Shown here in pieces: positions 51,188-60,000 of a stretch of DNA of 60,000 bases; position 1 is the first letter of the stretch; each line of letters starts with the position of its first letter. The stretch comes from Camelus ferus (taxonomy: Eukaryota). Position numbers and translations under genes: made by a program. The DNA is taken from contig NC_045696.1 of assembly GCF_009834535.1 (NCBI RefSeq), positions 102,240,001 through 102,300,000 on the forward strand. The letters are read 5' to 3'. Under the pieces are notes generated by a model. It did not search any database and was not told where the DNA came from. It saw nothing but the letters and a program-made list of their open reading frames with translations.

Positions 51188-54100
51188 GCTGGGTGGAGGC
51201 AAAGGAGGGTGATAAAGGTGTTTTCTTTCTTGCTCCCTGAACCACATTTGCTGCAAGGACTCCTGGGCTGGTTGCTTCCATCTGCCTGGGTTGTCTCCAT
51301 ACTAAGAAGCTGTAACAAGACTTTGTGGCAACTTCACTGACATCTTTGATCATGATGATCCAGGAGGCCAGAACCTTAGTTTACAATTGGCTGCCCTCAC
51401 ATTTGACCCTGTTTACGCAAAGGAAATCTGGGCATCTGGCCAATTCAGGACCAAGGAATTCTGCGACGAGGGTGTTGAACTTCATTTCCTTTTTCATTTA
51501 TAAACACAGTTGGAGCTGATTCCGACATGTTTTTAGAAAGTCAGTAAAAACATTTAGGCGTAAGTACTACTGTTTTATGAAATTTCATCTATTGTTTTGA
51601 CCTTGCCTGTGCTTAAATATGGTAATTAAAAGCTTGGTCTGGCCAAGGGGCCATGGGGGAGTAGAGGGGCATTTATATCATTACAGTACCTATTTCAGGT
51701 CAGGAAACTTCAAGCCAACCATCCACTTCCTACTTTAGTAAGCCAAGGAGTGCAATCAAGTGTGTGACTGAGGGTGACACGGGTCAGGTTAAGAACTGAA
51801 TCTATAGAATTTGTTTCCTGGCCAAGAGAGCTACAATTCAATTGCTGCTAGAGTTAGGTGGAAAATACGTACTTTTACCTTCATTAGAGCTATTGTTACT
51901 TTTAAAGACTTGCTGAGAACATAAGATCAAATTTAAACATGATAGCATGAATTCTAGTTATTGGAAACTAAAAGAGCCCTTGGGAATGTTGCCTTCCACT
52001 TCGCTTCTACCCGTGCTCCATGTCTGACCTTGGACATCACATCTCAGTCCTTACACCTGAAAGAGAGGCTGTTGCTCATTAACACTCAACACTGGGCAAC
52101 TTTTAAAAAATGCTCATTTAGATACAGGTTTGACTAATATGATCCCTCACCTGTAGATTTATTTATCTAGTTCTTCACTTCTTAAAATGGTACCCTTCAC
52201 AGAAGCACCTCACGGGGTACAACCAGCACATTAGAACAGTAATTAAAATAGATAAAACATTACAAAGCAGCAAATGAGGTTACATCTTAAAACACTATTA
52301 TGCTCAAAACCTTAAAACAAGGATAAGGTGATGCTCACCTCAGCATTATAGCCAGCACCCAGGCAAGAAGTGCAGGAGCCTTGTGGGGACTTTGAGAAAT
52401 CAGAAATGGAAAGAATGTGATAATAAAATTACTCTAAACCTTGCTTCAAAATGTAATTGTCCATCCCGCTGCACCTCTGCCCTACTCTGTTTGCCTGTAG
52501 GGTGGCTTGTTGTACACCCTGCTTTCACGTGTCTGTTCAACCAGAAAGGGTTACAGGGGATTCCAAAATGTCTTTCTTTCCCAGAAGCTATAACTGGAGT
52601 CCTTAATCATACTTAACATGGCTTAAATGGCAGTTGGTGATGCTTAAGTACTGGAAACAATCAAAGGACCTCAACATCAGAGAACATTCTTCCAACTGAA
52701 GTAGGAAAATCCTTGCCCTTCATCCCCAGCTCCCCGCCCCGACCTGGCCCCACAAACCCACACAGTTTCCTTACCATCCCTCACCATCCTGTCCCTCACC
52801 TAAGCAAGCCTCTGTTAATCTCTACCAACTGGGCTCACCAATCCTGTTTCACTCCACCCTGTTCATAAAGGGTACTTGAAAGATGTGGCTTTTAAAAGTT
52901 CGGATTTGTGTGAGTAGCAAGCAGTTTAGAAAAGCTGAGAAGTCTGCAATTGTCTGCTTTTTAAGCATGTGAGAGCGTGGTGAGCATTCTGAACCGAGGA
53001 GCTGAAAATGTATTCTCTCTGTTAAATTGAACCAGGGACAGGTCGCCGCCAAGATGCTGCTCTCTAACACACATTGAGTCCTTTCAGAAACTGCTCTATA
53101 GGAAGTCCATCTTGTTGTTTGTATACAGGTGTCCCTGTACGTCCATTTTGGTTCATGTGGTATTAAAAGGTAACGTTCCATCGTGCCAGCACCTGCCCCT
53201 GCTACCCTGGCTCCCTTCCAACCTCCCACTCCTCTCACTCCAGCAAAGCCACACCACTCTGGGTGCTCAGTTCAGTACATGGACAGAATTCCCAAGAACA
53301 GCATCTTAAAATCTATAGTTCTGGACCAAGCTCTGTAGAATAACAACCCACAAAATTTATGCCAGGCTTATTTTAAAGCCTCTTCTATGTGGACATATTT
53401 AAACAGTTTCAAATTTGCCAGCAAAACTCCTTTGGGGCTTGTACGGTTCAAGTGGTTTTCTGCCACAAAGCCCTCTGTGATCTCTCTGGAATTTGGCGTC
53501 AAAGACAGAGAGAATCTCTATGTTCAAAGAAGCCCTTGCTTTTGGAAGCAAAGGCTTGCTGAGGCCCTTAGTGAACTCCTTCAGGTTCCTATGGCTCGTT
53601 TCATAAATAACTTCATGTACCCGGTGGGGTGTGGCCCCACTGCCAACAATAAACAATAGGGAAACTCTGAGAATTCAAGCCACATTAGCAGAGTGGCGAT
53701 TAAAGAAATCATTAGAATGCTTTAAAAGACCTTTTGATTTCCTACAGGAAACATTCTGAAATTGCTGTGTTTTCAGAGCCTGTAAAATCCTTAGGTGGGT
53801 CTCCTGCAGAGGAAAGGGGCAAAGCAGAGTCAGACACATTCTCAACTAGCGGCAGCCTGTGCTTCCCTTGTTTCCTGCACCATTCACTCCATCTTAACTG
53901 TCCCTTGCCTGCTGTAAGCGCAGTTGGAATGTGGCTTAAGTGAGCATGAAGACAAAGCAAATCACATTGGCTAATTCTGCTGCTCTGGGAAGCCCACAAG
54001 GTCAGGGGCAGGCTGAATCGGGCACAAGGACAGCCTCTGAACTCCCGGACCCATAAAGCCCTTGTGGGCCTAATCTTAAAGCCCAGACATAGGTGCCAGA

Positions 54101-54632
54101 GCTTCAGAAGAGCCACCTCTGCCTCTAGCATGACTGGCTTCTGCTTTGTCCTAGTGGCCACGCCTGCCCCTGAACTGCCTCCTTCCTCCCCACCTCCCAG
54201 GGCTCATAACAGCCCACTCACTCAGCCACCTCCTCTCAGTCAGCTGTGTTCTCTGTCCCATCCTCTCTTTTCATTGACCTGATATTTACTGGGTGCTCTG
54301 CGGAATGACGAGTGGGGGACAGAGAGGAATGGCATGGTCCCAAAAGTTGGCCCCTGACTGAGGGGACAGATGACACTTGTGGGAAAGCCACATGACTCCA
54401 CAAGCCAGGGCTTGACAGGTAACCCACTGTGAGGTCCCTCCAGCCTTTGCTCCCGAAACACCCCACCCCAGCTCAGGCTGCCTCTCTTGCCCTAATTCTT
54501 CTTCCTATGCTACCTTCTACTTGGTGCTGAGTTGTGGTGACATCTCCTCCATAAACCTTTCCTAATTCTGTGGAGAACTGACCCCTCCTCCCCGTGCCTC
54601 TGCTGGACTCTGAAAATACAGCAAACTCAGCC

Positions 54633-54870
54633 AGAGGCACTGCGAGGTGGTGGCTAGGAGGATGGGCTCGGGAACCCGATTAGCAAGTACTAAATCCTAG
54701 GTCTCCTTATCTGTGTGGCTTGAGGCAAGTCTTTCTGTGCCTTTGTTTTGTCATCTGCAAAATGGGGATAAAATAGGGACAATCCTACTGCTCAGGGTTC
54801 GCAGGGCATTAAGTTAACAGAAACAGCTCCGAATCGTGCCTTGCATAAGTTCTTTTAATTGTTGGGTGTA
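54633..54870 (+). mobile_element. MIR SINE within diverged L2-like sequence (~54480-55042)
   Basis: ctgtgtggcttgaggcaagtc ... gtcatctgcaaaatggggataa. Flanks resemble an L2 3' end. Confidence 0.7.
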
Positions 54871-55399
54871 ATGACTGTTGTCATTCCTGCTAGGCAGCGT
54901 GGTCTCCCCGGGACAGACACTGCTCGTGTATCTTTATCTCCCCACCGCACTTGCAGCCATAGGGAGCACAGAGTGGGCAGTCACATAAGTTTAATGCTGT
55001 ACAAATTGTACAACTGCATAGGTGACTGAATCAACAAATGAAAGGACCTTAGTGAGAACACAGGAAGCAGCATCTTATTGTAACAGTAGCCCTGGGCCCA
55101 GACTGGGAGGCTTGAGTTCAGCCAGTAGCCTGAACTTCCTCAGTCAGAGGAGCCTCTGAGTCCTCTAGCAAGCATCCCTGGAGACAGACGGTGGGTGTGT
55201 CTCTGGGGTGGCCCCAGGGGCTGAGGCACTGGAGACTGGGGTCCACTCTGCCATCAGGGGTTTGAGAACCATGTGGCTCAAGCAATCCCAACCTTGGTTT
55301 CCTCAGCTTCCAAAGGCAGGCACCGGACAGACCAAGGGCCCCAAATCCTGTGGGTCATTCCAGGCTGAGGGCGTGTAAAATTATGTTCTTCCTCTTCCC

Positions 55400-55498
55400 T
55401 GGGAGACCCATTTCATTGTCTGGAGTGGGGCTGGGGATCTGTGTTTTTTAAAACTCCCCAGGTGTTTGTGAATCTCAGACACGGGTTTCTGAACAACT
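55400..55498. mobile_element. MER5 (MER5B-like) fragment
   Basis: gtctggagtggggctggggatctgtgttttttaaaactccccaggtg. Confidence 0.7.
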
Positions 55499-55610
55499 AG
55501 ACTAGACAATTCCTCAGGCTGGAAGTCAGAGATGACTGCGGGCTGTGCACTGGAGTGTAATTCTTGTGTGGAGCTCCCAACACTACCCTCCCAGTCTTAC
55601 TGTGCACGTT

Positions 55611-55646
55611 CACGCGTGCACGCGCGCGCGCGCACACACACGTGCG
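55611..55646. repeat. (CG)n-(CA)n alternating purine-pyrimidine tract
   Basis: cacgcgtgcacgcgcgcgcgcgcacacacacgtgcg. Confidence 0.95.
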
Positions 55647-56881
55647 GGAGTGGGGACACTCAGCAGAACCCAACTCCACCCTGCACCTTGAACACAGACC
55701 CTTGGGCCCCTCCAAATCCCACACAAACCTCTGCTCCATGGAGGGAGTGCAGCATTGTTGCTCTGAAGCCACCTTCCTGAGGCGACCGGCCTCCCCGCCG
55801 GGGCCCCTCCCCAGCACACACCCGACAAACAGTAGGATGAATTGCTACCTGCGATTGATCCCTGCGAGTTCTAAACTGTTATGAACTTGGATAATTGTTT
55901 TGCCTGTATAAGCACATTTTGCTTCAACCATTTGTCAAGCTGAAGGAAGGTTGTTTTATAAAACGGGATTTAATTAAATGTTTTGTCCCAGCCCAGCCTT
56001 TCCTTTCCACATCTGCATTATGCTTGTGTCATATTTTCCCTGGAGGGCAGGAAAACAATTTAGTGAAAATGAAGGATTCATTGATTTACTATTGAAAAAG
56101 GAAATTCCAAGCTAACAACTCCCCTCTGTAATTTTCTAGTGACCATAAGAGAGAACCCAGCTGTTTCACTTAAAGACAGTGTGTTTCCTGGCCCACCGGG
56201 CTCTTTACATCCTTCTGCACCATTCATGCTGTTACGTCTGTGGCCTTGCTCTTGACGGAAATTATGTTTTGAACACTCTAAAGAGCTATTTCTTCTTCCC
56301 TAAACAGAAGAGATGTTTCTAGTCAGTAAAGTCCTTTTATTTTTTCCCACCTCCAGTTTGGTGACATGGGGGTGGAGAATCTTTCCTTCCCCAAGAGCCT
56401 ATCAGTGGGATCATAGCACACCTCCCATCACTGAGCCACAGATCTCCCTGCGTACAGAATTTAACTTGACCTACTTTTCTGCCTGTTGAGCTGCCTCAGG
56501 CCTCAAAATGTTCTTCTATTAGAGATCAACTGTTTTCCAGGTTAAAGGCTTAGCTCTTTAGCTCAACACAGTATCCCAGCACCTCAAAGGAAGCAGGTTG
56601 CATTAACAGTCTGAGGGAGCTGAATATGACAGGACCCTTGCTGGGCGTCTCCTTCCTCCTGCCACCCCATGTCCACTAATTACCGTCCTGCAATCTGAGG
56701 CTGCACCAAGGACCAGGATGGTTCTGGGAGCGATCCCTTTCATTCTGAGGGGAGGGGGCCCACGAGTGAGCATAAGACTAGAAATCGGGAAAATACGATT
56801 CAACACAAGGAATACTGTGTCTTTGGTCACAATGTGTCACCTCTGGGGGCTTCACTGTCCATCCCAGTGTTAACACTGCGA

Positions 56882-57200
56882 CATTCATTCATGCACAAGT
56901 TTTTGAGCCTCTGTTAGCAGCAGCCGCTGTGGCTGCAGCAGTAACGGGGAATTGAGGCAGACCTAGTCCTATCATCATGGAGGTCCAAGTCTAGTGGGAG
57001 GAACAGGCTGAATGATGTGTGAGATGATAACACTGAAGGAGCGACGCATGCCCGAAGGGCACACAAGACTGTGACACATCCTCTGGCTGGTGCCTGGCTG
57101 TACAGAAAGCAGGGGGTGGAGAAAGCCTTTAGAAGGGAGTGGTTTTTGAGTGGACTCACAAAAGATGAATTAGCTGTGAGGAAGATGGCTCCAGGCAGAC
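56882..57200 (-). mobile_element. L2 3' part
   Basis: cattcattcatgcacaagtttttgagc ... catggaggtccaagtctagtggg ... agatgaattag. Confidence 0.7.
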
Positions 57201-58829
57201 CCATCCAGACAGATACTAATACAGCCTCAGCCAAGCATCCCAGGTAAGGATGCTCATTTCCCTGTGAAGAGCATTTGCCTTCTCTCTTTTTGATCCCATA
57301 GAAAACATAGCAGCTGACCTCTGGATTGGAGTTGGTCAGCCAGAATGCATTTATATCTAATTAATCACAGATTACTGTCCATGAAGAGGAAATATTTTAT
57401 TTTGCTGTATTAGACTGAGAATCAGGGCAGCCGTACTTTCACTGTGTCCTCTTCCATCTGCACCACAAAGAAAGCAAGGGAGAGGACCTTGCTTCTGCTC
57501 CGATTTTCACAAATCATCTGACCAAATTGCAAGGGACTCATTGGGACAGGACAGTAACTCACCCATCATTTGCTGATGGGCTGAAAGAGATCTGGCAGAG
57601 GCTGTTTTGCATTTATAGCACTTTCCACCTGAAGGCCTCAAAATGTTTTGTGAGCATGACATGCTACAGGGTCTCACGCTAATGTTAACTGCTCTCATAA
57701 GAAATTCTCACAGGCCGGGGTCTGGCTCAATAGCCAGCTGCGGTGGGGGAGGGGCACGCCACCGCGGGGTGCAGGGGAGTCTGCTGAGCCTGTGCCCACC
57801 AGCCGGTGCTCTCGCCACAGACACCAAGTGTGAGCCTTGGGCAGACTGAAACCCACTTCTCCCCGTGCCAGGAGGAGTCCCCACGGCTCTTGTGTCTGGA
57901 GAGGTGCTATAAGGGCTGAGTGACAGAGAAGGGCAGAGAGAGACTAGAGGCAAACAGGGAAGTCCTGTCCTTGGGATGAGGGAGGGCAAGGAGAAACGTG
58001 GGTTGGGCCTCAGGGATTGGTTAGAGTGACAAAAAGCTGGCATGGTCATCTTAAAGGATTGTTGTCAATGTCTGTGACTTCTCTTTCTATGTGATTCCTC
58101 CTGGTCCTACCTCTGGACCTAGGAAGTCACTCCAGGGAGGAAAGGATGCAAAAACTGTGGCACAAGCTTGTTTGTGTAAAATTGCATTAGCCCTCCAGGT
58201 CTATTAGTGGTTTGACTAAGCAGAGTAGAGAAAAGGATTTTCATATGCCAATTCGGACTGAGTGGCACTCAAGCTGGGAATCTTTGGGAGAGATCTAAGT
58301 GGGGCTTCCTGTCACCCCTCATGCCTATTACTCCACGGGCTGTTCAGGAAGCCTGACCTAGGCTTCCATGCTTCTGGTCCTCTCATTCCAAAGCCCTGTA
58401 TCTCCTTCAAAGCTTGATTTCATCGATTCATTCCTCCAAGTTAATTTAGTGAAAGTCTAATGTGTCAGGCAATGTGTTAGACACAATATGAAGACATTTT
58501 CCCTTGCTCTGACTTCTGAATTTCCCATATTTTCTGTAATGTGCCTGCAGAATTTTTTGGATAGTAGAATTCACTATAGAATTATAATTGAAAATAGAAG
58601 TATGTAAGCTGATCATTTATTAGATAAATAAACAAATTATTATTACTTTTTAAAAAAAGATTTCTCAAAACTCTTATTAAAACCTTGACTTTGCTATCTC
58701 CTTCACCAAGAAACTACAAGGCTATTGGACTCCAGCTCTCTCACTATTTACAAGTGTCTTTCCTCCAACTCAGAAAATCAAATGCATTGGGTTTATAATG
58801 GGGGAAAAAATTAAGGAAATTTTTAAAAG

Positions 58830-59335
58830 CAAAGACACAATCATGCATTCTGTCCTCAAGATGCTTACAATATAGTCAGGTAAGAGAGAAAAGACATCCA
58901 AAAATAGAAATTTTATAATATAAAATATATAAAATATTATATTAAATATAAGACAGGATTGAGAAGGATAAATGTTTTAAAAGATGTCTTCATAAGCCTA
59001 AGGGTTGCCAGTAAAAGGTGTTTGCTCCAGCTGTAGGTTGGAGAAGCTTGACGGCAAAGAGGCACAGGAGCTATGCCTGAAAGCCAACAGGATCCAGAGC
59101 TGCAGACAAGGGCAATATCGGGCAACCAAGGAACGGGTTGACATGAGCAGTAGAAGAGAGGGCAGAAGAGGCTTGTAAGATGGATCACATGAGCTTGGTT
59201 AGCATGAAGCCTGGGAGGCATGAAGAGATGGAGGTGAGGCTGAAAGAGCTGGGTGTGGAGAGGTCATGCAGGGTGCTGGGGACCAGACTGAGAGATTTGA
59301 TTCCATCTTCAGAGGTACTGAGATGTTGGGGGCTC
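58830..59335 (-). mobile_element. Diverged L2 fragments
   Basis: tgtcctcaagatgcttacaatatagtcagg ... gagatttgattccatct. Confidence 0.5.
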
Positions 59336-60000
59336 TCCCCAAGTCAAATTAGTCCAGCAGCAGAGGTTATGGGGCAGGTGGGGAGAGATGGACATTTGTG
59401 GGACTGAATTTAAATGAGATAAGAGGAATACCTGACCCAGGGGAGTAGTTGTGGGGATGGGGAGAAGGGGCAGGCACAGGGGGCATTTCAGACACAGAAT
59501 CAGCAGATTCCCAAGAAATAAGGAATTTTCTGTTAACCTGTGCCCTCAGATTGTATGGGGCCAGCAAGAGAAGGCCAAGGTGGTTTGTAGTGGCAGTAGG
59601 ACACAGGAAAGGAAAATTATAGCACAATGCAGAGGCTCGAGAGGAAAATTACAGGATATTCTTCCATGAGAACTTCAGTGCAGAGGAACGGCAGGAGATG
59701 CCAGCATAATGAAAACTAAACATAGGATTTCCAAATAAGCCAAAAAGATAACCTGTAAGACTTCTCTTTCTTTTTCTTGTCTGCCTCCTCCTTTTTTTTT
59801 AAGTCAATAGTCACTAAATATCCATAAAGCAGTTATATGATGTAGGAAATCAAAGAAACACAATTTAACACCTAATCACCATTCTCAAATATTCTCAATA
59901 TATTTGCAGAGATAGAACGGCATCCACATATCAACATAGCATCACACACTGTAGTTCATGATAAAGGCTGCATTGACAAAGATGCTGAAACTTGAAGCAA

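Noticed and set aside
1..60000. Most of the six-frame ORF track
   Set aside because: The ORFs are short, many start at non-ATG codons or cross microsatellites and repeats, and none resembles a protein I recognise except L1 remnants. The real coding sequence is in three spliced exons.

Overview
Mammalian, AT-rich, CpG-depleted genomic DNA lying entirely inside one large gene on the + strand: SLC9A9 (NHE9, endosomal Na+(K+)/H+ exchanger). Three coding exons splice in frame (9386-9499, 11061-11172, 30972-31125) and, from my recollection of the human gene, correspond to exons 10-12. They encode [38 protein letters not shown] / [38 protein letters not shown] / [51 protein letters not shown]. The 1561-bp intron between the first two exons is a GT-AG U12-type (minor spliceosome) intron. 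The rest is intron, rich in old eutherian repeats (MIR, L2, L1M, MLT1 LTRs, MER5/MER20/MER53/MER58 hAT elements), plus two lineage-specific L1 3' ends that suggest a cetartiodactyl, probably camelid, genome. The ORF track is almost all noise. I see no new multi-gene system. The most novel candidate is a perfect U2-type donor (CAG/GTAAGT) inside the U12 intron, 106 nt from the U12 donor, with an exact 8-nt U1-like antisense partner 49 nt upstream that could mask it. Repeat subfamily names come from remembered consensus sequences, not a database search, and repeat boundaries are approximate unless a TSD is quoted.
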